Positions 1 to 10,422 of a stretch of DNA of 64,000 nt are shown here, in pieces. A program made the position numbers and the translations under genes. Under the pieces are notes generated by a model. It did not search any database and was not told the origin of the DNA. It saw only the letters and a program-made list of their open reading frames with translations. Source of the DNA: a virus. Taxonomy: Duplodnaviria > Caudoviricetes. How positions within the stretch are numbered: the first letter of the stretch is position 1; every line of letters begins with the position of its first letter. The stretch is taken from positions 64,001 through 128,000 of IMG/VR virus record IMGVR_UViG_3300011008_000034; one strand, given 5' to 3'.

Positions 1-2
1 AA

Positions 3-860
3 ATTTCTGCAGCACCTCCCAGTGTGCAAGCAGCAGCATATCAGATTGCATTAGATAAAAGAGTAGGAGAATTTAAACTTCCTAAAAATTGTGTAGTAAT
101 TTGTGCGGGCAATCGTACAACTGATAAAGCAGTTGCTTATACAATGCCAAAACCTCTTGCAAATCGTATGACACATATTGAGATTGTTTCAAATATTGAT
201 TCTTGGAGAGTTTGGGCATTCCAAAATGAAGTTGACCCACTTGTCATTTCATTTATTCTGAAAAATCCTGGTAATTTAAATACTTTTTCTACTAATAATG
301 ATGATGTAGCATTTGCAACACCTCGTTCATGGGAAATGGTAAATTCTTATATTAAACTTGCAAAAAATCGTGGGATTATTGATGATATCTCAGATTTAAG
401 AGGAAATGACTATTCTCAGAATAAACAATTATTTACGTTGTTTAAAATGATTGCGGGTTCAGTGGGAATGGGAATTGCAAATGAATTTAGAGCATTCTTA
501 AGTGTACATAAATATTTGCCTGAATTTAAGGATATTGCAAATGAAAAAGTAAAAGAAGTGGATAAAAAAATCCTTGATAGAATTGATGTATTATATGCAC
601 TTTGCTCGATGGTAACTGCAGGCGTAATTCGTTTTGCTAAAGAAATTCCTGATGAAAAATTAGTTGAAAGAACGACTCAGCTTAAAGTTGATAAATTCTT
701 GACTATTATTGGTAAATATATTGAGACAATTCCCAATGCTGAAATGAAAGCAAAAATTGTCCAAGATATTTACGCTAGTGTAAGCAAACCTTTCGGGTCT
801 ATCATCAATAAAAATAAAGGATTCAATTCATCCTTTGCAGCAGTGGCAAAATTCCTTTAA
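3..860 (+). CDS. MoxR-type AAA+ ATPase, 5'-truncated by the window edge
   Basis: The frame is open from the window start: ISAAPPSVQAAAYQ…ICAGNR…PLANRMTH…TPRSWE are MoxR/AAA_5 motifs. A VWA gene follows. Confidence 0.85.
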   Translation: MSAAPPSVQAAAYQIALDKRVGEFKLPKNCVVICAGNRTTDKAVAYTMPKPLANRMTHIEIVSNIDSWRVWAFQNEVDPLVISFILKNPGNLNTFSTNNDDVAFATPRSWEMVNSYIKLAKNRGIIDDISDLRGNDYSQNKQLFTLFKMIAGSVGMGIANEFRAFLSVHKYLPEFKDIANEKVKEVDKKILDRIDVLYALCSMVTAGVIRFAKEIPDEKLVERTTQLKVDKFLTIIGKYIETIPNAEMKAKIVQDIYASVSKPFGSIINKNKGFNSSFAAVAKFL

Positions 861-945
861 TAATTGATGATTAAATGGAGTGCACAACGAAAAATTGTGC
901 ACTCTTTTTATGAAAATAGTCGTGCACTCTTTTTATGAAAAACTG

Positions 946-974
946 TTTACAATTTTATAAGAATTTGTTATAAT
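946..974 (+). promoter_or_regulatory. sigmaA-type phage promoter TTTACA-N17-TATAAT (extended TG)
   Basis: TTTACA at 946-951, TATAAT at 969-974. The motif recurs many times in the window. Confidence 0.7.
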
Positions 975-996
975 AGAATAAAAGGAGGTAAGATAA

Positions 997-2292
997 ATGG
1001 ATTATAAAGAAAAATTAGAAAAATGTCGTACATTAATTGTTATTAATTATGGTTTTTTTGCTTCATTGATGATGCAATTAAAAATCGTAAAAGATGATGA
1101 AAGAATGGAACAAATGGGCATGCCTACAATGGCAACTGATGGAAAGGAATTGATTTTTCATTCAAAGTTTGTTGAAAAAATTACATGCAGTGATTTAAAT
1201 TTTGTTATTATTCATGAAATCATGCATGTAGCAATGGGACACATGTGGCGAAGAAATAATCGTATTCCTGAAATTTGGAATATTGCATGTGATTATGCAA
1301 TTAATTTAGCCATTATGGAAATTTGTGGTGATTATCAAAAACGTTTAAAAAATCTCAGCGATGATGAATTAGTAACTATGCCTAAAGAAGTTTTATATGA
1401 TGAAAAATATAAAGGCATGTTTGCTGAACAAATTTATGAAGATTTAATGAAGAATGTAAAAGTTGTTCAAGCATATTCATCTAGTAATGGTAATGATAAT
1501 TCGCAAAATAATAAAAATGGTAAAGGTCAAGGCCAAGGAAAAGGTCAATCTCAAGAAAAAGGAATTCCTCAAGCACCACAAAATCATAAATTGTGGGATA
1601 AAGAAGATAAAAAATCTCAAGCATATAAACAAGATAAATTATCTCAATGGGATTCTAATACTCAAGAAGCAGCAAAACAAATGAAAAATTGTGGTGTAGG
1701 CAGCGATTATATTGAAAGATATATTACGAGCATTACTAAACCACAAAAAAATTGGAGAAATCTTTTACGAGAATTTATTGATGAAGAAGTAAATGATTAT
1801 AGTTTTGTCCCACCTGACAGGCGTTATGATTATGATGGAATTTTCCTTCCTGATTTTAATGATAAAGCTGAAATTGTGAAAGATGTATTATTCTTTATTG
1901 ATACATCTGGGTCAATGTCTCCTAAAGAAATATCTGTATGTTTCTCTGAAATTCAAGGAGCAATTGACCAATTCAAAAAACATTTGCATGGTACATTACT
2001 TTTCTTTGATTATGATGTAAAAGATAAGTATTATGACTTTGATGATGTTCATGGAGATATTACTAAAATTGTTCCGCTGGGTGGAGGTGGAACAAACTTT
2101 AGTGCACCATTTGAATTTGTAGAAGAAAATAAACACATTTTTGAAGATGTAAAAGGGATTATAATACTTACAGATGGTGAATGTAATTATCCAGATAAAT
2201 ATTGGGAAAAATATAAAACATTATGGATTTTTACACAAGATAATTTTGAGGAACCACCATTTGGAAGATTTACAAAGTTGGATGTAGAGTAA
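997..2292 (+). CDS. DUF2201-type metallopeptidase + VWA domain protein (MoxR partner)
   Basis: PTMATDG, HEIMH (HExxH), WNIACDYAIN, low-complexity linker, FFIDTSGSM MIDAS motif, GGGGTNF, IILTDG. Confidence 0.88.
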   Translation: MDYKEKLEKCRTLIVINYGFFASLMMQLKIVKDDERMEQMGMPTMATDGKELIFHSKFVEKITCSDLNFVIIHEIMHVAMGHMWRRNNRIPEIWNIACDYAINLAIMEICGDYQKRLKNLSDDELVTMPKEVLYDEKYKGMFAEQIYEDLMKNVKVVQAYSSSNGNDNSQNNKNGKGQGQGKGQSQEKGIPQAPQNHKLWDKEDKKSQAYKQDKLSQWDSNTQEAAKQMKNCGVGSDYIERYITSITKPQKNWRNLLREFIDEEVNDYSFVPPDRRYDYDGIFLPDFNDKAEIVKDVLFFIDTSGSMSPKEISVCFSEIQGAIDQFKKHLHGTLLFFDYDVKDKYYDFDDVHGDITKIVPLGGGGTNFSAPFEFVEENKHIFEDVKGIIILTDGECNYPDKYWEKYKTLWIFTQDNFEEPPFGRFTKLDVE

Positions 2293-2295
2293 AAA

Positions 2296-2318
2296 GTAGG
2301 GGAAATTTTCCCCTACTT
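2296..2318. terminator. Intrinsic terminator hairpin
   Basis: agtaggggaa-att-ttcccctact inverted repeat just after the VWA stop. Confidence 0.6.
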
Positions 2319-2346
2319 AAAATCCTATGAAAGGGGAACATTTATA

Positions 2347-2715
2347 ATGAAAAACGAAAATTTTGATGAACTGAAAGAAAAAATCGCCAAGGCGATGAAA
2401 GAATGCACCAATAAGCAAGGTGTGTTAAATGTCACAGAATTTAGAAACAAATATCGTAAAGAATATAGTAAAATCCCCGCTTGTTTTGGTGATATCGAAT
2501 CAGCTATGAAAAATGCAAATATCAAAAAAATGGTTAGTGGAAAAAATAATCCTTCATTAAATACTAAATTGGCATTGGATTATTTGAATCTTCTGAGCGA
2601 ACAGGGTGTAAGTTTGGCGGCTATTGCAAGAAAATATGGCGTAAGTCGTGCAAATGTTAGTCAGTTGTATAAGTATATGAAAAAGGTAGTGGGAACAACA
2701 AGCACACCGGCATAA
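2347..2715 (+). CDS. HTH DNA-binding protein
   Basis: C-terminal SLAAIARKYGVSRANVSQL helix-turn-helix. Confidence 0.65.
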   Translation: MKNENFDELKEKIAKAMKECTNKQGVLNVTEFRNKYRKEYSKIPACFGDIESAMKNANIKKMVSGKNNPSLNTKLALDYLNLLSEQGVSLAAIARKYGVSRANVSQLYKYMKKVVGTTSTPA

Positions 2716-2743
2716 AAGAAAAGTGGTCTTAATGACCGCTTTT

Positions 2744-3931
2744 TTAATTCGTTAATTTAGAATAAGTTTTGTCTACATCTAATTCATTTAATTGTAAAAA
2801 TTCTTCTTTAGAAAATGTCTTATATTTATGCACAACATGTTGTTGGAATACAATTTCACCGGTATCATAATAATCTAATTTATTTTCCAATGCTAATTTC
2901 ACTTGATTTGCAATATAATATCCAAAGTTTGCGGGTACTCCTTGTGCTATTGCTTGAGTAACATGAATTTTACATTCATTATTTGGGTCAGTAAAATCGT
3001 ATGTATCTGGATAATTCATAATCCTAGCTAATTCTTTTAGATTCAATGACCGGTCTTGATGAGGATGTAAATATTCTACTACTGATGCAAATGATGGGAA
3101 ATGTTTATCATCTTCTAATTTATAAGGAGATTTATCCCAATAATTTTCTTTTGCATTAATCTTTTTTATGATTCTTTCCAAATCATGTTTATGCTTACCA
3201 ATCTTTGCATATATATCATCTGCATATTCGTTTTGAATTACATGTAATGCTAATGATGTCATTAATCCTTTTCCTGGGATTGCATATTTATATAATTCTT
3301 TGATATCATCACATGTTCTTGTTTTGAAATCATCTGTTGTATCATCATATAAGTCAGATAGGGTATTATATACGTTTGAAATTGGATAACTATCCTGAAG
3401 GACGTGAGGGAGTTTAGGGAAGTTGGATTTATTCCATCCTACGACCAAAGTCCTCATACGCTTCATGGCTACATTGTGGTTTCCTGCATAATCTCTAATA
3501 ATCGTGAAATTATAATCAGGTAATTTATTTACCATATCTTTTAAAATTGGAAAACCTAATTTAATTAATGTCGGAGCATTTTCAATGACAAAAACTTTTG
3601 GTTTTACTTTATTGAAAATATTAAATAACCGATAAAAATGTACATTATTTTTTCCGTCTACTGAAGCATTACGATTAATTTGCGATAAACTGGAACATGG
3701 ACAGTTACAACACATTAAATCTACATCTTTTAAATTGGTTAAATATTCATCATTTTCCCATTCACTTGGTAATACTACAGGAATATCTGGATAATTTTTA
3801 ATAAAATAAAACGCATTTTCTTGAGGCTGAGTATCTGAAATTTCTAATACTCTATCAAGATTAAAACCTGCTTTCATTACTCCTATTGAAAAACTACCCG
3901 CAAAAATAAAAGCATTTACTGCTTTAAACAT
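2744..3931 (-). CDS. C5 cytosine DNA methyltransferase, divergent motif I
   Basis: FIFAGSF (motif I variant), NCPCSSLS (catalytic PC), IENAP (motif VI), RMRT (motif VIII), LARIMNYPD, QAIAQGVP. Start placed at MFKAV behind a GAGGTG RBS. Confidence 0.85.
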   Translation of the reverse strand: MFKAVNAFIFAGSFSIGVMKAGFNLDRVLEISDTQPQENAFYFIKNYPDIPVVLPSEWENDEYLTNLKDVDLMCCNCPCSSLSQINRNASVDGKNNVHFYRLFNIFNKVKPKVFVIENAPTLIKLGFPILKDMVNKLPDYNFTIIRDYAGNHNVAMKRMRTLVVGWNKSNFPKLPHVLQDSYPISNVYNTLSDLYDDTTDDFKTRTCDDIKELYKYAIPGKGLMTSLALHVIQNEYADDIYAKIGKHKHDLERIIKKINAKENYWDKSPYKLEDDKHFPSFASVVEYLHPHQDRSLNLKELARIMNYPDTYDFTDPNNECKIHVTQAIAQGVPANFGYYIANQVKLALENKLDYYDTGEIVFQQHVVHKYKTFSKEEFLQLNELDVDKTYSKLTN

Positions 3932-3979
3932 ATAATCACCTCTCAATTGATTATAGAATAAAAACAGTAAATGCTTTTC

Positions 3980-4282
3980 TCATACGTATTGTTCTTGAAT
4001 TTGAAATTTTGTAATGAACTCGGATATATGGTCTCTCATCTTATTACCAGAATGAAACTGATAATGAGTACTAAACTTTGGTCCTAATTTTTTCATTGAT
4101 GGACCAAACATAGTTTTAAAGAAATCGTAATTAAGAGAAAATACCTTTGGTGAAAAATGTATAAATACAATTTCATCAGAATCATCAAAATCATCTATAT
4201 GATAATTCCGACGGTATTTTTTTCCTAATGCACATCCAGTAAGATTTTTTTGTCCTTTAGTTGTTGTTATTTCAATTGTCAT
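3980..4282 (-). CDS. STAS-like (DUF4325-like) small protein
   Basis: LTG…G…R…VFSLNYDFFKTMFGPSMKKLG pattern. Own promoter at 4304-4332. Confidence 0.45.
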   Translation of the reverse strand: MTIEITTTKGQKNLTGCALGKKYRRNYHIDDFDDSDEIVFIHFSPKVFSLNYDFFKTMFGPSMKKLGPKFSTHYQFHSGNKMRDHISEFITKFQIQEQYV

Positions 4283-4303
4283 AATCTTCCCCCCTTAAAA
4301 AAA

Positions 4304-4332
4304 ATTATAACAAATTGAAACGACAATGTAAA
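4304..4332 (-). promoter_or_regulatory. Phage promoter TTTACA-N17-TATAAT
   Basis: Minus strand ctatttaca…tgttataat. Confidence 0.65.
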
Positions 4333-4340
4333 TAGTTCAT

Positions 4341-4703
4341 TTACAGTTCCTGATAAATAGTATAAAAAATATTTCTATTAATTGGTCCAAGTAATTGAGC
4401 AGCTAATGTCTGAACACGAAGATTAATGTAAATTGGCTTATTTTTATAATTGATTAATTTTTTTGGTCCTTCAAATCCAATATTTGTATCACTCACATAA
4501 TTTACTAAAGTAATTAATGCTTGTGATTGGTCTTCATTTAATTGTAATTCTTCAGTTGGCTCTGCATTTGCTTTTTGAACAAAATGAATTTGTATTGCAA
4601 TTGGTTTTGTTTTTATAATTACATCTTCATTATTAAATTGAACAATATTTCCTGAAGATATAATTTCCTTTGTTTCTGTTAATAATTGAAAATCTTTTTT
4701 CAT
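4341..4703 (-). CDS. Hypothetical protein
   Basis: 120-aa ORF with an AAGGA RBS. Confidence 0.6.
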   Translation of the reverse strand: MKKDFQLLTETKEIISSGNIVQFNNEDVIIKTKPIAIQIHFVQKANAEPTEELQLNEDQSQALITLVNYVSDTNIGFEGPKKLINYKNKPIYINLRVQTLAAQLLGPINRNIFYTIYQEL

Positions 4704-4802
4704 GATAACTTTCCTTTCGGCGTGCAGTTTTTAAGACTTATAAAATAAATCTAATTTTTCTAGAAAAAAGAGACTAAGCCCTCACATTACACGAGAGATT
4801 TT

Positions 4803-5480
4803 TTAGGTTTTTTCTAACAATTGTTCTTCATCTAAATAGTAGATTTTATTGTTTTTCACATGTAAATAATTTTGTTCAATTAAATTTTCCCATGATAACG
4901 ATGACCCCACGCCTAATTCTTTCCGGTAGTCAGATAAAAAACGAATTGCTCTTACTAAAGGCATTCCATTTGAAAAAGGCATTTCAATAATATCATTTTT
5001 TATGGTTTTTATCCAAACTCGATCTTTGCACATATTATAAATTGTTTTGTTTTGATTTGTTATTGTAACTGTAATAACATTGCTTGCATCTTCATCTATT
5101 TGTTGAAATTCGACGTAATCTAAATCCGTGCCAATCTTCTTTAAATTCTGTAATTGTCTTCCTAAACTGGAAACTATAACTACTTCTTTTTTCTTTTCAG
5201 TAATTGTTTTGATAGCTATAGAAAAATCATTATCTTGTGTTAGCAAATAATAAATATTAATATCTTCTTCGTATAACGATTTTACTATATCCGTAGTCAT
5301 AAACATATCTGCAGAATTCTTTTCAGTCAAGCAATAAATGAATTTAACGTTTTTCATTTTAGAATAAATATTACTCATGCTTACTTTTTTACCATATACG
5401 CGGTATTGTTCTGTCTGGTGTTTTTCATAAAATTTTTTTACTAATTTTTTACTGACATTTTCAGCATCTATAAATACCAT
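4803..5480 (-). CDS. NYN (PIN-like) domain putative RNase
   Basis: VFIDAENV, KNSADMFMTTD and LLTQDNDF acidic motifs. Confidence 0.8.
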   Translation of the reverse strand: MVFIDAENVSKKLVKKFYEKHQTEQYRVYGKKVSMSNIYSKMKNVKFIYCLTEKNSADMFMTTDIVKSLYEEDINIYYLLTQDNDFSIAIKTITEKKKEVVIVSSLGRQLQNLKKIGTDLDYVEFQQIDEDASNVITVTITNQNKTIYNMCKDRVWIKTIKNDIIEMPFSNGMPLVRAIRFLSDYRKELGVGSSLSWENLIEQNYLHVKNNKIYYLDEEQLLEKT

Positions 5481-5548
5481 GTTTTCATCTCCTTTCTTAA
5501 ATTTAAAAAGCGCCTAATTTATTTTAGGCGCTTTTTAATGATATGTTT

Positions 5549-6259
5549 CTATGCGATATTTTTATGTAATAAATCTCTTAATGCTCTTCCTGCTTCAGTA
5601 TTATCTCTCAACCGTTTGATTCTAACATAAATTTTGTTTGTACTTTCATGAAGGTCTCTACTAATATCATTAATATTATAACCTTGTGAAAGATAAATAA
5701 TAATTTTTCTATCCAATTCATCAACTTTCGGGAAAATGTATTGCTGGAGTGATGTAATGAATTCGCTGTCAACGATTTGTTCTTTTGCGTTTTCATCCGC
5801 AATAATATTTTCCAAAGTCATATCACCATCATTTGACATTGCATTCATTGAAACAACACCGTTCGGAGCTTTACGTTTCAGTGAATTATCACGACCACGA
5901 TACATCCGGACATGATTCCGAGCTGAATGCCAGAATAATGTATTAAAACAGCTGGACCCGCCTGGTTCATATTTTTTTGCACAATTAAGAAGAACAGTAG
6001 CTAATTCTTGCACGATATCCTCATCCTTGTAAGTATTTGCTACATATTCGATTTTGCTCTTATAATGATTATATAAGTAATTGAATGCCTCTTTACATCC
6101 AAACTTATAATCTTCTACTGCAACTTCCAATGTTGGTTTTTTAAATAAAGGTTCTTTTGCTGGTTCTGAACATCTTTTGTGAGGAACGTCTTGATAAACT
6201 TTTAATGTAGGATTATTTGACAAAGAAAACTTTTTGGGGTGGTCATCAAAATAAACCAT
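5549..6259 (-). CDS. Sigma-70 family (SigH-like) sigma factor
   Basis: AFNYLYNHY…EDIVQE…FNTLFW (region 2) and C-terminal GYNINDISRDL…IYVRIKRLR (region 4 HTH). Confidence 0.8.
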   Translation of the reverse strand: MVYFDDHPKKFSLSNNPTLKVYQDVPHKRCSEPAKEPLFKKPTLEVAVEDYKFGCKEAFNYLYNHYKSKIEYVANTYKDEDIVQELATVLLNCAKKYEPGGSSCFNTLFWHSARNHVRMYRGRDNSLKRKAPNGVVSMNAMSNDGDMTLENIIADENAKEQIVDSEFITSLQQYIFPKVDELDRKIIIYLSQGYNINDISRDLHESTNKIYVRIKRLRDNTEAGRALRDLLHKNIA

Positions 6260-6595
6260 AATATCACTCCTCTTTATACATTATAAAAAATTTGAACTGG
6301 ATTATTAGTTGTGGCTAATTGTTATTATTTCTAGTTTGGTTTTATTATTTAAAAACCAATTTAGAATTTTGTGAAGAATGTTAAGATAATTTATTTAACT
6401 TATAAGATTATTATACCATGTAAATGCAAAAAAGTACACCTTCAAATGCAAAAAAATAGACATTTTTTTAGAAATTTTTTTTCTTTGAAATGTCTATTCT
6501 TTATAACTTATTTCTCAAAAATTTTAGCAAGGTCATTTGCTGTCAAGTTGTTTTCTTTTATATCTAATTTATCCATCCAACCTGGAATTTTATCA

Positions 6596-7249
6596 TTATT
6601 TTGATTGGTTGTCGGAGTTATCAAAATCAGATTCTCCTTCTTCAGATTCGGAGGAGTCTGTTGTTGGTAATCCGTTATTTGCATCTTCAAATTCATCATT
6701 CCCTTCATTAGAATCATTTATGTCTTCAGCATTGTCTATGCCTTCAGTATTATCTATACCTTCAGTATTGTCTATGCCTTCGACATTTATGTCATCTATA
6801 CTTTCTATATTTGTATCTGTATTTTCTAATGTATCTACAGCTTCAGCATAAGGTTCATCTGGCATTTCATTTTCAGATAATTGCAAAATTTCATCAATAT
6901 TCGGTAATGGTGGAATTATATAATCATTAGGAATAGTTTCTTCTTCTTGTTGTTCTGTTTCAGGTGGAGATTCATATGCTTGGATTAAATCATCCTCTAT
7001 AAATAATTGATTAATTCGATCATAACGATAAGACCGGATTTCACCTGTAGATTTATAACACATAACTAGTAAATCTCCAGCTTTTGATGTACTCCATCCA
7101 TAAGGAAGAATATTATTCCGCATTCCACTTCCTGTATAATCTATATCAATCGTTAATCCGTTCGCCATTGAATCTGTAATTAACGATACAGCTTCATCGT
7201 TTATTGGGATTTGTGTTTTTGCTAATTTAATTTTTGCTAATCTTTTCAA
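6596..7249 (-). CDS. WYL-domain protein with long acidic tail
   Basis: IDYTGSGMRNNILPYG…EIRSYRYDRI resembles a WYL domain. Probable TTG start at 7249 after AGGGTG, giving MKRLAKIK. Confidence 0.65.
   Translation of the reverse strand: MKRLAKIKLAKTQIPINDEAVSLITDSMANGLTIDIDYTGSGMRNNILPYGWSTSKAGDLLVMCYKSTGEIRSYRYDRINQLFIEDDLIQAYESPPETEQQEEETIPNDYIIPPLPNIDEILQLSENEMPDEPYAEAVDTLENTDTNIESIDDINVEGIDNTEGIDNTEGIDNAEDINDSNEGNDEFEDANNGLPTTDSSESEEGESDFDNSDNQSK
6720..6795. repeat. 18-bp coding tandem repeat (NxEGID, about 4 copies)
   Basis: NVEGID-NTEGID-NTEGID-NAEDIN in the acidic tail. Confidence 0.75.
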
Positions 7250-7425
7250 TATAATCACCCTTAAAAAAGAAAGATAACAAATACGACATGTACTATGCAA
7301 TCTAAACAATAATATATAGTCTTAGGTCGAACAAGAATTTATATGTACACTCAAAACTTAATTCTCCTAAAGACGGTCAATTATGTCCATTGTTGCATTT
7401 CTATGTTATAATTGTTTCTTTCTAA

Positions 7426-8358
7426 TTATAGAATAGATTTTGTTTTGAGTATTAATTCTTCTATAAATTTATAAATATTTTTACAATAATACTTGCTTAT
7501 TCCAGCAGCATTTTTATGTCCTCCGCCACCATAACACTTCATTATTTTACAAACATCTATCTCATCACTTCTCGCCTTGATAGAGAGTTTGTTTCCATTT
7601 TTTATAATAAGATATATTACGGTTATTTCTTTGATGTTCTCAAGCAGTTCTATGAGGCGACTAGCTTCAGTGTAATTAGAATTACATCGTTCAATGTCTA
7701 TTTTATCAATTATCAAATATGCAATTCTATCTCGATAGATTAAATTTGGTAATGTTTTTCGGATTAAATTAACATAGCTAAGATTTCTTTTATCTAATTC
7801 TTGAATAATATTCATATCTGCATGATATGCTATTAATTCAGAAGCCATTTTAAAAATATCAAAATTAGGATTAAATACAGTAAAATTATTCGTATCTGTT
7901 TTTATTGATAAAAATAACATTGTAGATATATATGAAGAAAATTCAAAATTATGAATAGCTTTTAATAATTGATAAATTAAAACCCCAGTAGATTGAACAG
8001 GTTCTCTCCAGCAGATATCTCCCATTAATTTTCCATTATCTGTATGATGGTCTATACAAATTATAAAATTAGATAATGAATGACATGAAATATTTTTTAT
8101 CCGGTCAAATCCTGAACAATCTAGCACAAACAATAAGTCAAAAAATTCATTACTTTTTAAATTATGCTGAGACTGAACTAACGAAGCATAGCTTTCGTTA
8201 ATATTTTTATTTACTATAAATTTTGAATCTTTCCCCATTTGTAATAAAGCTTGATTTAATGCTAATGATGACCCAATCGCATCACCATCTGGAGAATCAT
8301 GAGATATAATACCAATCTTATGAGACTGGTTGATTTGCGTAATTATATTTTGAATCAT
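7426..8358 (-). CDS. DHH/DHHA1 phosphoesterase (NrnA-like nanoRNase/pAp phosphatase)
   Basis: HDSPDGDAIGS, LDCS, IDHH, TDTNNF, GGGGHKNAAG. Confidence 0.92.
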   Translation of the reverse strand: MIQNIITQINQSHKIGIISHDSPDGDAIGSSLALNQALLQMGKDSKFIVNKNINESYASLVQSQHNLKSNEFFDLLFVLDCSGFDRIKNISCHSLSNFIICIDHHTDNGKLMGDICWREPVQSTGVLIYQLLKAIHNFEFSSYISTMLFLSIKTDTNNFTVFNPNFDIFKMASELIAYHADMNIIQELDKRNLSYVNLIRKTLPNLIYRDRIAYLIIDKIDIERCNSNYTEASRLIELLENIKEITVIYLIIKNGNKLSIKARSDEIDVCKIMKCYGGGGHKNAAGISKYYCKNIYKFIEELILKTKSIL

Positions 8359-8449
8359 TTCGTCACAAACTTTCTAAAAAAATGTAGTAGGAGCAAAATT
8401 TTACTCCTACTATCAATATAGGTTTTGTGATGATAAGGTATTTCTTTTT

Positions 8450-8791
8450 TCAATTTTTTATCTCAAAGGGAATGGATTGTGTAGCTAAACATTTTTTCAC
8501 AAAAATACGAATAGCTGTTTGCGTATCTAATCCTAAATTGTCCATTAGGGAAGTAAATTTTAAGAATTCCTGAAGATTAGCAAAATTATTAGTAGGAATA
8601 TCATGTTCTACTAAGAAAACTTTATCCTCATAATTCATTTCATTAATGTAATTATCTCGTTCATCTTCATCTTCTACATGTTCACGAATATAATCTTCAA
8701 AATAATCAAAAGCTTCCTCTGCGTCAGCAAACATTTTTACTTTATTAGCAGTAATACTTTCATTAAGATTTACAATAGCATATACTCTCAT
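8450..8791 (-). CDS. Small protein with C-terminal RelB/DinJ-like antitoxin segment
   Basis: LMDNLGLDTQTAIRIFVKKCLATQSIPFEIK matches the RelB/DinJ pattern LGL…AI.IF…IPF. Confidence 0.6.
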   Translation of the reverse strand: MRVYAIVNLNESITANKVKMFADAEEAFDYFEDYIREHVEDEDERDNYINEMNYEDKVFLVEHDIPTNNFANLQEFLKFTSLMDNLGLDTQTAIRIFVKKCLATQSIPFEIKN

Positions 8792-10422
8792 TTTGCATTT
8801 CCTTTCTCAAAATTGTTTAACATTAATTGAATATTCCGTCTTCCTGCAAATTCATTAATAGATAAATTATAGGCAATATTAATTATATTTTCATTGTCAA
8901 ATTCTTGCATAAAATGATTCATTGTGGAATTAAAACAAATTCCATCAAATGTTACTCCATTCTGAAAAAATTTGAATTTCAATGCATTTTTCTTTTTGCC
9001 TAAAATTTTCTTTTCAAGAATTTCTACATTTTTAGAACAGAATATCAATTCTTTATTTCCGTTTCCAAATGGCCTTAGTAAATTTATTTTATCCATTAAA
9101 GTCCAAGATATATCTTCAAAATTTATTAAATAGTCTATGAGATATTCATCTTCAACATATTCATGTGTCTCTAGCCATTTTTTAAAATCTTCATTACACC
9201 GACGTTTAAATTCTTTCAAATCACTATTTTCTATAGATAATGCACAAGCTTCTGCATGTCCACCACCAGAAATTTTTAAATCTTTATTTTGAATAATTAC
9301 ATTAGATAAATTATATCCAGGAATAGACCGTCCTGAACCTCCAGAATGTGTTTTTCCTTTTACCATTGCAAAACAAGGTTTTTTAAATTTATCTGATATT
9401 TGATTAGCTACAATTCCTAATACACCAGCTGGAACATTTTTAAATGTCTGAATAATAACTAAATCTTCGCTTGGTTTTACTTCTTCTAATAATTTAGATT
9501 GAATTTCTTTACGTTTATCATTTAAAGAAATCATTTTTTTGACAATTTTTTCTGCTTCAAACTCATCATCACTAAGAAATAAATCTACTACCATGCTAGC
9601 GTCTTCCATACGTCCAGCTGCATTCATTAATGGTGCAATCGTAAAACCAATATCATTTTCAATAACTTTTTTTAAATTACACAATTTCAATAATGTATTT
9701 AATCCAATATTAGCAGTTTCTGTGAGATGATTTAATCCATGATAAACGAAAATTCGATTTTCATCTTGTAATGGCATAACATCCGCTAATGTCCCTATAG
9801 TAGCTAAAGCAATTAATTGAGGATTTAAATCTGGATATAACAATTTAATATCTGGAATTAATGCTCTAATGACTTTATAAGCTACCATAGCTCCACAAAT
9901 TCCATGGAAAACATTTTCATCTAAATAGGGGTCTACAACTATTTTACATGGAAGAGTTTTTTTATTATGAGGATGATGATCTGTCACAATGACATCAATT
10001 CCATTATCCATAGCATACTTAATTGATTCATGTTCTGCGATTCCTGTATCTACAGAAATAATCAAATCAATATTATCTTTAATACATTCGTCTATTTGAC
10101 GTTTTGAAATGCCATATCCATCTTTTACACGATTAGGAACACTATAACTGACATTAGGCGTTAATTGAGATAATCCTAACATCATAATAGAAACAGAAGT
10201 TATTCCATCAGAATCATAATCCCCTAATATTTTTATCTTTTCATTATCAAGTATAGCTAATTGAATTCTATCAATAGCTTTTTTCATATTTGGAAGAGAA
10301 AAAGGAGAATTAATTCTCCCCTTTTTATATAAAAACTTATTAAAGTCTTCGTCAGACATGGAAAAATATTTTTGAATAGAATGCAAAAAATCACCCTCAT
10401 ATGTATTCAAAATTTTCCACAT
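8788..10422 (-). CDS. recJ: ssDNA exonuclease RecJ
   Basis: GDYDSDG, PNRVKDGYG, VDTG, TDHH, GTLADVMPL, PLMNAAGR, GSGRS, GGHAEA, LRPFG. Start placed at MWKIL. Confidence 0.95.
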   Translation of the reverse strand: MWKILNTYEGDFLHSIQKYFSMSDEDFNKFLYKKGRINSPFSLPNMKKAIDRIQLAILDNEKIKILGDYDSDGITSVSIMMLGLSQLTPNVSYSVPNRVKDGYGISKRQIDECIKDNIDLIISVDTGIAEHESIKYAMDNGIDVIVTDHHPHNKKTLPCKIVVDPYLDENVFHGICGAMVAYKVIRALIPDIKLLYPDLNPQLIALATIGTLADVMPLQDENRIFVYHGLNHLTETANIGLNTLLKLCNLKKVIENDIGFTIAPLMNAAGRMEDASMVVDLFLSDDEFEAEKIVKKMISLNDKRKEIQSKLLEEVKPSEDLVIIQTFKNVPAGVLGIVANQISDKFKKPCFAMVKGKTHSGGSGRSIPGYNLSNVIIQNKDLKISGGGHAEACALSIENSDLKEFKRRCNEDFKKWLETHEYVEDEYLIDYLINFEDISWTLMDKINLLRPFGNGNKELIFCSKNVEILEKKILGKKKNALKFKFFQNGVTFDGICFNSTMNHFMQEFDNENIINIAYNLSINEFAGRRNIQLMLNNFEKGNAK

